DNA from: an uncultured Gemmatimonadaceae bacterium
GTDB taxonomy: Bacteria > Gemmatimonadota > Gemmatimonadetes > Gemmatimonadales > Gemmatimonadaceae
Length of the DNA stretch: 64,000 nt
Direction of reading: 5' to 3'
NCBI GenBank assembly: GCA_963822945.1
Contig: CAWGJO010000035.1
Span: 1-64,000, forward strand
Made by a program: the position numbers and the translations under genes. Below the pieces are notes generated by a model. It was not told the DNA's origin, did no database searches, and worked only from the letters and a program-made list of their open reading frames with translations. Positions 12,721 to 22,419 of this stretch are shown one piece after another. Every line of letters starts with the position of its first letter. Position 1 is the first letter of the stretch.

Positions 12721-13516
12721 ATGTCCGATGTCGCTCGCCTGTGCAGTGGTCTCGTCGTCGCGATCGTGATCGCGGCGCTGGCGCGGCGCGCGCGAGTGCT
12801 CTCGGCGTCGGGCGCCGTGGCAGCCACGCTCGTCGGCACGGCCGCGGTGGCCGCCGGCTGGGATTGGGGAGCCCTCCTCGTCGCGTTCTTCGTCGCCTCG
12901 TCGCTGCTTTCGCGCCTTCGCCGCGAGCATAAGCACGCCGCCGGCGGCGCCATCGTCGGACAAGGGCGACGAGCGCGACGCCGTCCAGGTGCTCGCCAAC
13001 GGCGGGGCCTTCGCCCTGGCCGCGCTGGCCCACGTCGCCATGCCGGCCATGGCCTGGCAGGCGGTGGGCGCCGGTGCCCTGGCCGCCGCCACCTCCGACA
13101 CCTGGGCCACCGAGATCGGCATGCTCACCCCGCGGCCGCCGCGCTCCATCGTCACCTTCCGCCTCGTCCCCCCGGGGAGTTCGGGCGGCGTCACGCTGCT
13201 CGGGTTCTTCGGCAGCGTGCTCGGCGCCGCATTCATCGAACTGGCGGCCCTGCTCCTCGGGTGGCCGCAGACCGTGGTCGTGGCCGTGCTCGCCGGCGGG
13301 ATCGCCGGCTCGGTGGCCGACTCGCTGCTCGGGGCCGTGCTGCAGCAGAAGCGGTGGTGCGACCACTGCCAAGCGCCCACCGAGCGCGCCGTGCACGACT
13401 GCGGAACGGCAACGCGGCAGATCGGCGGACTCGCCTGGCTGGACAACGATGCGGTGAACGCCGCCTGCACGGTGGTCGGCGCCGGCGTGGCCTACCTGAT
13501 CGCGGCGCGCCTGTGA
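12721..13516 (+). CDS. DUF92 (TMEM19/VTE6-like) membrane protein (apparent frameshift near 12960)
   Basis: 'QVLANGG', 'ATSDTWATEIG', 'PPGSSGGVTLLG', 'DSLLGA', 'CDHC..TE..VHDCG', 'LDNDAVN'. Confidence 0.85.
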
Positions 13517-14772
13517 CCCCCACCGATGTGATCGTCATCGGCGGCGGCCCCGCCGGTGCCTCCACCGCGCACGCCCTGGCCACCACCGGGGCCCGCGTGC
13601 TCGTGCTCGACCGGGCCCGCTTTCCCCGCGCCAAACCCTGCGCCGAGTTCCTGAGCCCGGAGGCATCGCGCGCCCTGGCCCGCATGGGCGCCCTCGACGC
13701 CGTCGAGGCGTCGGGCGCGGCGCACCTGGCCGGGATGATCGTCCGCGCCCCCAACGGCGCCCGCATCCACGGGCGCTACCTGGCGGCCCACGGCTTCCGC
13801 GCCTTCCGCGACCATGGGCTCTCGGTGCGGCGCGAGGTGCTCGACCGCATCCTGCTCCACCGGGCCCGCGCCGCCGGCGCGCGCGTGGAGGAGGGCGTTC
13901 GGGTGGTGGATCTGGAGCGCGACGCGACGGGCCGCGTCTGCGGCGTGGTGACGCTGGGCGACGACGGACGCACGGAGACCCGGCCGGCCCGCCTCGTGGT
14001 GGGCGCCGACGGGCTCAACTCCATCACCGCGCGGCGGCTCGGCGTCGCCCGGCGGCTGCCCTGGCCCCGGCGCCTGGCGCTCGTGGCCCACTATGCCGGC
14101 GTGCAGGAGATCACCGACTTCGGCGAGATGCACGTGGCCCGCGACGGCTACGTGGGCATCGCCGACGTGGGCCACGGGCTCACCACCGTGGCAGCGGTTT
14201 TCCCGGCGAGCGCCGGCCGCGACATCGCGCGCGATCCGGCCGGATATCTCCAGGCGTGGCTGGCCCGGCAGCCGCAGCTGGCGCCGCGATTCGCGCGCGC
14301 CCGCCGCGTGGACGAGGTGCGCGCCGTGGGACCCTTCGCGTCGCACGCGCGCCGCGCCTGGGCGCCCGGCGCGATGCTCGTGGGCGATGCGGCCGACTTC
14401 TTCGACCCCTTCACCGGCGAGGGCATCTACTCGGCGTTGCGCGGCGGCGAGTTGGCCGCGCACTACGCGCGTGCCGCCCTCGACGCCGCGTCGCCCGCCG
14501 AGGCCGACGTCGCGCTGGCCGCGTACCACCGCTCGCGGCGTCACGAGTTCGGCGGCAAGTGGATCGTGGAGCGCGCCATCGGTGCCGTGATCGCCAACGC
14601 TCCACTCATCAATCGCGCGGCGCGTGCCTGCGCCGCGGATCCCGACCTGGCCGACCTGCTGGTCGGCGTGGCGGGCGACTTCGTGCCGCCGCGGCGTGTC
14701 ATGCGCCCCGGGTTTCTGCTACGCCTGTTCGCGCGTCCCCTTCCCGCCGCGCCGGCGGCGAGCCGCCCATGA
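13513..14772 (+). CDS. FAD-dependent oxidoreductase, geranylgeranyl-reductase/hydroxylase family
   Basis: 'VIGGGPAG', 'FPRAKPCAEFLSPE', 'VGADG', 'LVGDAADFFDPFTGEGIYSAL'. Confidence 0.85.
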   Translation: MTPTDVIVIGGGPAGASTAHALATTGARVLVLDRARFPRAKPCAEFLSPEASRALARMGALDAVEASGAAHLAGMIVRAPNGARIHGRYLAAHGFRAFRDHGLSVRREVLDRILLHRARAAGARVEEGVRVVDLERDATGRVCGVVTLGDDGRTETRPARLVVGADGLNSITARRLGVARRLPWPRRLALVAHYAGVQEITDFGEMHVARDGYVGIADVGHGLTTVAAVFPASAGRDIARDPAGYLQAWLARQPQLAPRFARARRVDEVRAVGPFASHARRAWAPGAMLVGDAADFFDPFTGEGIYSALRGGELAAHYARAALDAASPAEADVALAAYHRSRRHEFGGKWIVERAIGAVIANAPLINRAARACAADPDLADLLVGVAGDFVPPRRVMRPGFLLRLFARPLPAAPAASRP

Positions 14773-15245
14773 CCATCGACTCCGACACCTTTCGCGCCGT
14801 GCTCGGCCGGTTCGCCTCCGGCGTCACGATCCTCACCACCCGCGCCCCCGACGGCCACGACCACGGCATGACCGTGAGCGCATTCTGTTCGGTGAGCCTC
14901 GAACCGCCGCTCGTGCTCGCCTGCGTGGACCGCGCCGCGAAGATGCACGACCTGCTGCTGAGCCTGGACTACGTGGGATTCAGCATCCTCGCCGCCGGAC
15001 AGGAGGCGCTGTCGCGGCGGTTCGCGGAACTCGAATCCGACCGATTCGAGGAGCTCGGTTTCGCGCGCGGCGAACGCGGCGTGGCGCTGTTCGAGGATGC
15101 GCTGGCCCATCTCGAGTGCCGCGTGCGCGACCGGCACGACGCCGGCGACCACACGATCATCGTGTGCGAGGTGGAGCGGGCCACCACGCGCCAGGACCGC
15201 CCCCTGCTCTACTACCGCGGCGGCTACGCGCAGCTGGAGCGCTGA
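14769..15245 (+). CDS. Flavin reductase (HpaC/DIM6 family)
   Basis: 'FRAVLGRFASGVTILTT', 'GMTVSAFCSVSLEPPLVL', 'AGDHTI', 'PLLYYRGGY'. Confidence 0.9.
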   Translation: MTIDSDTFRAVLGRFASGVTILTTRAPDGHDHGMTVSAFCSVSLEPPLVLACVDRAAKMHDLLLSLDYVGFSILAAGQEALSRRFAELESDRFEELGFARGERGVALFEDALAHLECRVRDRHDAGDHTIIVCEVERATTRQDRPLLYYRGGYAQLER

Positions 15246-15944
15246 TGACCATCCTGACCCCCGCGCGCCGCCGGGGGTTCGAGTATCTCGACGATCCCGC
15301 CGTGCCGCCGGCGGTCCGCGAACGCTCCCAGCGCGACGTCGTCCGGTCCAACACGCTGCTCGGCGGCGCCCACGCCCTGCTCGCCGCGCTGCGGCAGGTG
15401 CTGCCCCCCGCGGGCAGCGCCGTCACGCTGCTCGACGTGGGTACCGGGCTCGCCGATCTCCCGCGCCGCGCCGCCCGCGACGCCGCCCGCCGCCGCGTGG
15501 CCGTCACCACCATCGGATACGATGCTGCGGAGTCGCTGTTGGGCAGCGGCCGCGCGCGCGCTGTCGTACGCCGTCTGCGGCGACGCCCTTGCGCTCCCCT
15601 TCGCATCCGGCAGTGTTGATATCGTCACCTGTTCGCAATTGCTCCACCACTTCGCGCACGACGACGCGGTCCGGCTGGTGCGCGAGATGCATCGCGTGGC
15701 GCGCCGCGCCGTGATCGTGAGCGACCTCCGACGGAGTTGGACGGCCATGGCGGGGTTCTGGCTCGTGAGCTTTCCCCTCGGCTTTCACGGCATCACGCGG
15801 CACGATGGCGTGCTCTCGGTGCTGCGCGGATTCACGGCGCGGGAGTTGACCGCGATCGTCGGCGAGGCGACCGGCCGCGTGCCCCGCGTGGCGCGTCACC
15901 CCGGATTCCGCCTCACCGCCACCTGGCCCGGCGGCGGCACGTGA
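15245..15944 (+). CDS. SAM-dependent methyltransferase of the type usually found beside type III PKS genes (apparent frameshift near 15545)
   Basis: 'EYLDDP', 'LLDVGTGLAD', 'GDALALPF', 'LLHHF', 'SDLRRS', 'TRHDGVLSVLRGFT'. Confidence 0.8.
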
Positions 15945-16493
15945 CGCACGATCCGCGGCAGGATCCGTTCAAGCTCGGCCCCATGCCGCCCACGGCGCGC
16001 ATGATCACGCTCGACCGCCAGCTCGTGGCGGCCGATATGGATACCGATCTTCGCCCTGGCGCGCGACGTGGAGCGGTGGCCCGAACTGCTGCCGCACTAC
16101 CGGCACGTCCGGTTCATCAGCCGCACCACGGACGGCGGCGGCGTGGTGGAGATGGCCGCCGTGCGGCCGTTCGGCCTCCTGGACTGGCCCACGTGGTGGG
16201 TGTCGGAGATGCAGGTCCAGGCCGGCGACGGCGCCCCGTGGATCCGCTATCGTCACGTCCGGGGGATTACCCGCCGAATGGAGGTCCTGTGGGCGTTTCG
16301 CGAGGACGCGGGCGGGACGATGACTACCATTCTGCATATGTGGAACGGCCCATCGTGGCCGGTGATTGGTGACGTGGCGGCGCAGCGGGTCATCGGCCCG
16401 GTGTTCGTCCACGGGATCGCCTCACGAACGCTGTCCGGCCTGGCGCGCGTCGCCGAGGGGTCGGCCGGATCAACTTCTGGGAGTCGCGCATGA
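15941..16493 (+). CDS. SRPBCC polyketide cyclase/aromatase, TcmN-like (apparent frameshift near 16045)
   Basis: 'ARDVERWPELLPHYRHV', 'WWVSEM', 'MEVLWAF'. Confidence 0.75.
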
Positions 16494-17734
16494 CGGACCG
16501 CAGGCGGGTGGTGATCACGGGCATCGGCCCCATCACGCCCATTGGAATTGCGCGCGACGGGCTGTGGGCGGGGTTGCGCCGCGAGCACAGCGCGGTGCGC
16601 ACCATCACCCGGTTCGACCCGGAGCCGTTCCGGAGCCGCAACGCCGCCGAGATCGACGACTTCGATCCCGCCGACTTCATCGACCGCCGGCGCGTCCGGC
16701 GGCTCGACCGGTTCGGACAGTTCTCCGTGGCCGCGGCGCGCCTGGCCATGGAGGACGCCCATCTCGACCTCGCCGTCGAGGACCGCGAGCGCGTGGGCGC
16801 GATGATGGGCTCAGCGCTGGGCGGCGTGGCGTTCGCCGAGGAGCAGGTGCGGGTGGCGATGCGCGAGGGGATCAAGGGGGTGGATCCGTCGTTGGCGCTC
16901 ACCGTGTTCGGGGGGGCCGCGAGCTGCAACATCGCCATCGAATTCGGCGTGCAGGGCCCGAACAGCACCAACGCCATGAGCTGCGCGTCGGGCACCATCG
17001 CGCTGGGCCAGGCCTTCCGCGCCATCCGCGACGGCTATGCCGACGTCATGTTCGCCGGCGCCGCCGAGGCCCCGCTGGCGCCGCTCTGCTTCGGCGCGTT
17101 TGCGATCATCCGCGCCATGTCCACACGCAACGACGACCCCACGCACGCGTCCCGTCCCTTCGACCGCGATCGCGACGGCTTCGTGATGGGTGAGGGCGCA
17201 TGCGTGCTCGTGCTCGAGGAGCGCGGGCGCGCCCTGGCGCGCGGGGCGCCGGTATATGCCGAGCTGTTGGGATTCGGATTCTCGAACGATGCCCATCACA
17301 TGACGGCGCCGAGACCCGACGGGTCGCAGGCGGCCCGCTCGATGCGGTTGGCGCTCGACGACGGGCACGTGGCCGCCGGCGAGGTGGCATACGTGAACGC
17401 GCACGGCAGTTCCACGCCGCTCAACGACACCACCGAGACGACCGCCATCAAGCGGGTGTTCGGCGATCACGCCGCGCGGCTGCAGGTGAGCAGCACGAAG
17501 GCGTACTACGGGCACGCGCTGGGCGCGTCCGGGGCCATCGAAACGGCCATCTGCGCGCTGGCGCTGCAGCGTGAGTGGCTGCCGCCCACGCTCAATCTCG
17601 AAGTCCCCGACGCCGCCTGCGATCTGGATTACATCCCGCACACCGGGCGCGCGGGGCGGGCCGAACACGTGTTGAGCAATTCGTTCGGATTCGGCGGGAT
17701 CAACGCGGCCCTCGTGATGCGGCGCGCCGACTGA
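16490..17734 (+). CDS. Beta-ketoacyl-ACP synthase II-like ketosynthase (FabF/KS-alpha family)
   Basis: 'RVVITGIG', catalytic 'SCASG', 'VNAHGSSTPLND', 'STKAYYGHALGASG', 'SNSFGFGGINA'. Confidence 0.9.
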   Translation: MTDRRRVVITGIGPITPIGIARDGLWAGLRREHSAVRTITRFDPEPFRSRNAAEIDDFDPADFIDRRRVRRLDRFGQFSVAAARLAMEDAHLDLAVEDRERVGAMMGSALGGVAFAEEQVRVAMREGIKGVDPSLALTVFGGAASCNIAIEFGVQGPNSTNAMSCASGTIALGQAFRAIRDGYADVMFAGAAEAPLAPLCFGAFAIIRAMSTRNDDPTHASRPFDRDRDGFVMGEGACVLVLEERGRALARGAPVYAELLGFGFSNDAHHMTAPRPDGSQAARSMRLALDDGHVAAGEVAYVNAHGSSTPLNDTTETTAIKRVFGDHAARLQVSSTKAYYGHALGASGAIETAICALALQREWLPPTLNLEVPDAACDLDYIPHTGRAGRAEHVLSNSFGFGGINAALVMRRAD

Positions 17735-17836
17735 GCTTCGGGACGGCGTGCGGCGTCGTTACTGGACGCTACCCGCCGAGACGCTTAGCGTTGTGAGCAT
17801 CCCGCGTGGGTTTACGCCTCCGGCCGGAGCCCTGAT

Positions 17837-18535
17837 ATGCAAGATCTCAAACGTCCCATCGTCGCCGAGTTCGTCGGCACGTTCGCACTGGTGTTCGTCG
17901 GCGGGGCGACGATCATGAACGGGTACGTGGCCAACGCTTCGGTGCCGCTCATCGACATCGCGGCGGCGCATGGGCTGATCATGGCCCTGCTGGTCACGGC
18001 CACGATGCGGATCTCCGGGCACCTGAACCCCGCCGTCACGGTGGGCACCGCGGTGGCCGGCCGGCTGAGTCCGAGCGCCGCCGTGGTGTACGTCGTCTCG
18101 CAGTGCGCGGGCGCGGTGCTCGCCGCCCTTGCCCTCAAGGCGCTCTTCCCCCCCGCGGCGGCCCACGCCGCCCGGCTGGGGGGACAGTGGGTGGCTGCCA
18201 ACGTGAGCACCACCGGCGCCATCGCGCTGGAGGCCATCGCCACCTTCTTCCTGGTCTTCGTCTTCTTCGGCACGGTCGTCGATCCCCGCGGTCCCAAGGT
18301 CGGGGGATTCGCCGTAGGCCTGACCGTCACCGCCGATATCCTCGCCATCGGACCGCTCACCGGCGCCTCGATGAACCCGGCGCGGTCGTTCGGCCCGGCG
18401 CTCGTGAGCGCCAACTTCGAGGGCCACCTCATCTACTGGATCGGCCCAATCATGGGCGGGATCGTCGCCGGCCTGCTGTACGAATGGGCGTTCCTGCGCC
18501 CCGAACCCGCGAGCGCAGCGGCTGACGCGCGATGA
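17837..18535 (+). CDS. MIP family aquaporin
   Basis: 'AEFVGTF', 'GHLNPAVT', 'SMNPARSFGPAL', 'IYWIGP'. Confidence 0.95.
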   Translation: MQDLKRPIVAEFVGTFALVFVGGATIMNGYVANASVPLIDIAAAHGLIMALLVTATMRISGHLNPAVTVGTAVAGRLSPSAAVVYVVSQCAGAVLAALALKALFPPAAAHAARLGGQWVAANVSTTGAIALEAIATFFLVFVFFGTVVDPRGPKVGGFAVGLTVTADILAIGPLTGASMNPARSFGPALVSANFEGHLIYWIGPIMGGIVAGLLYEWAFLRPEPASAAADAR

Positions 18536-19146
18536 CCTCACCCGGCCAACCGTCCTCCACGCCCTCGCTGCAGGTACTCGAGCGCGAGCGTGAGCGCGTG
18601 ATCACCGTGCTCTCGCGCCAGTTCGCCAACGACAACCTGTCGATCGACGAACTCGAGACGCGGCTCGAACTGGCCTACCGGGCCTCGTCGGTCGCCGAGA
18701 TCCGCGCCCTGGCGTCGGACCTGCCCGACGCCGAGAACGCCGTGGTGGGGACGGCCGGGGCCGCGGTGCGGCCGGCGCCGCCGCCGTCGCAGGTGGTGCG
18801 ATCGCGCATGGTCTCCCTGATGGGCAACCGCGTGCGGCGCGGCGTCTGGATCCCGCCGCAGGTGCTCGACCTGCTGGCCGTCATGTCGGACACGCATCTC
18901 GATCTGCGCGAGGCGCAGTTCACGGCGGGCGTCACCGAGATCCACGTCAAGGCGACGATGGCGGCGGTGCGCATCACCGTGCCGCCGCACGTGCACGTGG
19001 TGATCGATACGAGTTCGATTCTGGCCTCGGTGAGCGACCGCACGGATCGCGGCCCGGCGCCGCCGCATGGAGCGCCCGTGGTTCGCGTCACCGGGTGGGC
19101 CTTCATGTCGGAAGTGAAGGTGCGGCGCCGGGCGATCGACGACTGA
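18532..19146 (+). CDS. DUF1707 (SHOCT-like) plus LiaF-like C-terminal domain protein
   Basis: 'ERERVITVLSRQFA..LSIDELETRL..AYRA...LASDLP'; 'LDLREA', 'ITVPP', 'VRVTGWAFMSEVKV'. Confidence 0.75.
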   Translation: MTSPGQPSSTPSLQVLERERERVITVLSRQFANDNLSIDELETRLELAYRASSVAEIRALASDLPDAENAVVGTAGAAVRPAPPPSQVVRSRMVSLMGNRVRRGVWIPPQVLDLLAVMSDTHLDLREAQFTAGVTEIHVKATMAAVRITVPPHVHVVIDTSSILASVSDRTDRGPAPPHGAPVVRVTGWAFMSEVKVRRRAIDD

Positions 19147-19197
19147 CGGGCGGTTGCGCCGTTCACGGCGAAGGTGAGCGGTGAACCCGGCGTCGAA

Positions 19198-19602
19198 TCA
19201 GCGGAATATCAGGCCCATCACCCACCCGAAGCTGGCGATCGCGGCGGGGAGCAGCGTCAGGCCGACCGAGAAGACGAGTCCGTGGCGGAAGAGCGCCGGC
19301 CCGAGCCCGTACGTGTCGCGATTGAGCCACCGCTGGAGCAGCGATTCCACGACCCACCCCGACGAGTAGCAGACGTTGGCGGCCACGCCGTAGAGGATGG
19401 GCAGCACCCAGGGGACGCCCGGTCCTGTATGGAAGGGTCCGGGCAATGCGTGCAACAGCGACAGGGTGCCGAGCGTGACGAGCCCGGCCCCGCCGACGAC
19501 GAGGTTGTACGTGAGGCGCTTGGATTCCCACCACCGCAGTAGCCGCAGCGGCGTGCGCACGAGGGACGGATCGGGAAAGAGTACCTGCACCAGGTCGGCC
19601 AT
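19198..19602 (-). CDS. Hypothetical 3-TM membrane protein
   Basis: 'WWESKRLTYNLVVG', 'ANVCYSSGWVVE'; preceded by a near-consensus promoter. Confidence 0.65.
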   Translation of the reverse strand: MADLVQVLFPDPSLVRTPLRLLRWWESKRLTYNLVVGGAGLVTLGTLSLLHALPGPFHTGPGVPWVLPILYGVAANVCYSSGWVVESLLQRWLNRDTYGLGPALFRHGLVFSVGLTLLPAAIASFGWVMGLIFR

Positions 19603-19608
19603 AAGGGG

Positions 19609-19638
19609 AGAATAGCGCGGCATTTGCGGTGCTGTCAA
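19609..19638 (-). promoter_or_regulatory. Sigma70-like promoter, probably giving a leaderless mRNA
   Basis: Minus strand TTGACA-N18-TATTCT-cccctt-ATG; no Shine-Dalgarno. Confidence 0.6.
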
Positions 19639-19682
19639 GTACTTCGTGCCGCAAAGCGCAGGTCCGGGGATTGGTCCTGAAA

Positions 19683-19746
19683 CGGACAGTCGGACAGTCG
19701 GACAGTCGGACAGTCGGACAGTCGGACAGTCGGACAGTCGGACAGC
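19683..19746 (+). repeat. (CGGACAGT)7 plus one variant unit
   Basis: Direct read of tandem units. Confidence 0.95.
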
Positions 19747-19767
19747 AAAGTTGCCTCGGTCCGTACG

Positions 19768-19827
19768 TCTACCGACCTACCGACCTACCGACCTACGGGT
19801 TCACCGACCTACCGACTTACCGCTTTA
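19768..19827 (+). repeat. CCGACCTA-type 8-mer array abutting the ppa stop
   Basis: ctaccgacctaccgacctaccgacctacgggttcaccgacctaccgacttaccgcttta. Confidence 0.85.
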
Positions 19828-20367
19828 CGGTCCCACCGCCACGTACGTCCTGTCGTACTGCTCGATGGAGCGCACGATCAGCCGCATGGCCTCCTCGCTC
19901 TTCCCCCACCCCACGATCTCCACCTTCTTCCCTTCCAGCTCCTTGTAGCTCACGAAGAACTGCGCCACTTCCTTGAGCAGGTGCTGCGGGATGTCGGCGA
20001 TGTCGAAGTACTCCTGCGAGTACGGATCGTGCGTGGGCACGGCGAGGATCTTGTCGTCGGGCTCGCCCTTGTCCACCATGTGGAGCACGCCGATGGGCCG
20101 CGCGTCGATGGTGCACCCGGGAAAGGTCTCTTCCTTGAGCAACACCAGCACGTCCATCGGATCGCCGTCGTCGTGCAGCGTGCGCGGAATGAACCCGTAC
20201 TCCGCCGGATAGTGGACCGCCGAGTACAACACGCGATCGAGCTTGATGAGCCCGGTGGTCTTGTCCAGCTCGTACTTGTTCCGGCTCCCCTGCGGGATCT
20301 CGATGACGGCCGTGATCACCTCGGGCGGATGCGCGCCCGGAGCCAGGTCGCGCCACAGGTTCATCAT
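19825..20367 (-). CDS. ppa: Inorganic pyrophosphatase, family I
   Basis: '[12 protein letters not shown]', '[17 protein letters not shown]', 'DDKILAV', '[11 protein letters not shown]'. Confidence 0.95.
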   Translation of the reverse strand: MMNLWRDLAPGAHPPEVITAVIEIPQGSRNKYELDKTTGLIKLDRVLYSAVHYPAEYGFIPRTLHDDGDPMDVLVLLKEETFPGCTIDARPIGVLHMVDKGEPDDKILAVPTHDPYSQEYFDIADIPQHLLKEVAQFFVSYKELEGKKVEIVGWGKSEEAMRLIVRSIEQYDRTYVAVGP

Positions 20368-21356
20368 GCCGGAATGTCTCCGCGCGCGATCGCGGCGGCC
20401 GCCTCGACCGCGAAGTAGGTGATCACCACGTCGGCGCCGGCGCGCCGGATACCGAGCAGCGAGTCCATCATCACGCGCTCGCCGTCGATCCACCCGCGCT
20501 CGGCGGCCGCCTTGATCATGCTGAATTCGCCGCTCACCTGGTACGCGGCCAGCGGATATCCGGTGGCATCCTTCACGCGGCGGATGATGTCGAGGAAGGG
20601 ACCGGCCGGTTTCACCATGAGCATGTCGGCGCCCTCCGCGATGTCGAGCTCCACTTCGCGCAGGGCCTCGTCGCTGTTGGCCGAGTCCATCTGGTAGCTG
20701 CGGCGGTCGCCGAACTGGGGCGTCGACTCGGCGGCGTCGCGGAACGGCCCGTAGAACGGCCCGGCGAACTTCGCGGCGTAGCTGAGGATGGGCGTGTTGA
20801 CGAACCCGGCGTCGTCGAGCGCGGTGCGGATCGCGCCCACACGCCCGTCCATCATGTCGCTCGGCGCGACGATGTCGGCCCCCGCGCCGGCGTGCGACAC
20901 GGCCTCGCGGGCCAGCAACTCGAGCGTGGCGTCGTTGTCCACGTCGCCGTCGCGCAGCACGCCGCAGTGGCCATGGTCGGTGTATTCGCACATGCACACG
21001 TCGGTAATCACCACGAGATCCGGCACCTCCCGCTTGAGGGCGCGCACGGCCTCCTGCACCGGGCCGGCGTCGTCCCAGGCGCTGCTGCCGGTGGCGTCCT
21101 TGTGCTCGGGGATGCCGAACAGGAGCACGCCCCCGACGCCGGCTTCGGCCGCCGCGGTGGCGTCGCGGACCAGTTCGTCCACCGACAACTGGAAGTTGCC
21201 CGGCATGGACGCCACCGGCACACGCACCTTCTTGCCGGGGCGAACGAACATCGGGAAGACGAGCTGCGAGGCCACGAGATGGGTCTCGCGCACCAGCCGG
21301 CGCAGCGGCGCGGTACGGCGGAGCCGGCGCGGACGATAGTCGGGAAAAATGGCCAT
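20364..21356 (-). CDS. hemB: Porphobilinogen synthase
   Basis: 'RPRRLR', '[14 protein letters not shown]', 'APSDMMDGR', 'MVKPA', 'YQVSGE'. Confidence 0.97.
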   Translation of the reverse strand: MAIFPDYRPRRLRRTAPLRRLVRETHLVASQLVFPMFVRPGKKVRVPVASMPGNFQLSVDELVRDATAAAEAGVGGVLLFGIPEHKDATGSSAWDDAGPVQEAVRALKREVPDLVVITDVCMCEYTDHGHCGVLRDGDVDNDATLELLAREAVSHAGAGADIVAPSDMMDGRVGAIRTALDDAGFVNTPILSYAAKFAGPFYGPFRDAAESTPQFGDRRSYQMDSANSDEALREVELDIAEGADMLMVKPAGPFLDIIRRVKDATGYPLAAYQVSGEFSMIKAAAERGWIDGERVMMDSLLGIRRAGADVVITYFAVEAAAAIARGDIPA

Positions 21357-21416
21357 TGATCGCTCTGAGTGCGGGCGCCGCCGCCGAGTGCGGCCCGGCG
21401 CCGTCCAGCGTGGAAT

Positions 21417-22379
21417 CTACTCGGGTTGCGGCGACGGCAGGTGCTGCGCCCGGCGCAGCCCCTCGAGAATCTCCGTCGCGCCCTCGCCGCGCAGCTGATT
21501 GGCCAGTCGCACGCCGCACAGCTCCGGCTTCAGTTCGTCCAGCGCAATCTCGCCGCGCACCACGCGCTTGCCATCGAGGTCGGCAATCAGCCCGTGCAGC
21601 ACGTAGCCCCCGTCCCGCGGCATGACCAGCGCCCCGATGGGCACCTGGCAGCCGCCCTCCAGCGCGCCCAGAAAGGCCCGCTCGGCGCGGATGTCGGTCA
21701 TCGTGCGCTCATCGTTCAGCAGGGCCGCCAATTCGCGCATCCGCGCATCGTCGCTGCGAATCTGGACGGCGATGGCGCCCTGTCCGGGCGCCGGCAGCCA
21801 GTCGGGCGCATCGAGCGTGGCCGTGATGTGCTGCGAGATCCCCAGCCGGCGAAGCCCCGCGGCGGCCAGGATGGCGGCGTGCACGACGCCCGTATCCACC
21901 TTCTTCACGCGGGTCGGGACGTTGCCGCGCAACTCGACGATGTCCAGGTCCTGACGGTGCGCCGCCAGCTGCGCGCGCCGCCGCAGACTCGAGGTGCCGA
22001 CGCGCGATCCGCGCGGCAGTTCGTCGAGCGACTCGGCCGACGCGACGTCGCCGATCACCAGCACGTCGCGCGGATCCTCGCGCTTGAGCACGGCGCCGAT
22101 GGCGAGGCCGTCGGGCGACTCCGTGGGCAGGTCCTTCAGGGAGTGCACGCAGCAGTCCACCTTGCCCTTGCCCAGCGCGGCTTCGAGCTCCTTGGTGAAC
22201 AGCCCCTTGGCGCCGATGGCGCTCAGCGGTTCGTCGAGCTTCTTGTCGCCGACCGTCTTGAAGGTCACCAACTCGGCGGCGTGCCCGTGCGACTCCAGCA
22301 TGCTCTTCACCAGGTTGGCCTGGTAGAGCGCGAGATCTGAGGCGCGGGTGGCGATGCGAATCGGGCCTTGAGTGGTCAT
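21417..22379 (-). CDS. hemC: Hydroxymethylbilane synthase
   Basis: 'IATRASDLALYQ', 'KGLFTKELE', 'HSLKDLP', 'GTSSLRR', 'LEGGCQVPIG'. Confidence 0.97.
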   Translation of the reverse strand: MTTQGPIRIATRASDLALYQANLVKSMLESHGHAAELVTFKTVGDKKLDEPLSAIGAKGLFTKELEAALGKGKVDCCVHSLKDLPTESPDGLAIGAVLKREDPRDVLVIGDVASAESLDELPRGSRVGTSSLRRRAQLAAHRQDLDIVELRGNVPTRVKKVDTGVVHAAILAAAGLRRLGISQHITATLDAPDWLPAPGQGAIAVQIRSDDARMRELAALLNDERTMTDIRAERAFLGALEGGCQVPIGALVMPRDGGYVLHGLIADLDGKRVVRGEIALDELKPELCGVRLANQLRGEGATEILEGLRRAQHLPSPQPE

Positions 22380-22419
22380 GGGATTTGAGTGTTTCGAGGG
22401 TGCCGAAATGTAGCCGCCG

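Noticed and set aside
17837..19146. Aquaporin and DUF1707 genes as part of the ketosynthase cluster
   Set aside because: Separated by a 102-bp gap, unlike the overlapping cluster genes; no functional link evident.
19629..19976. ORFs with periodic peptides (SDSRTVGQ, also SSQQSAV at 23288)
   Set aside because: Translations of non-coding tandem arrays.
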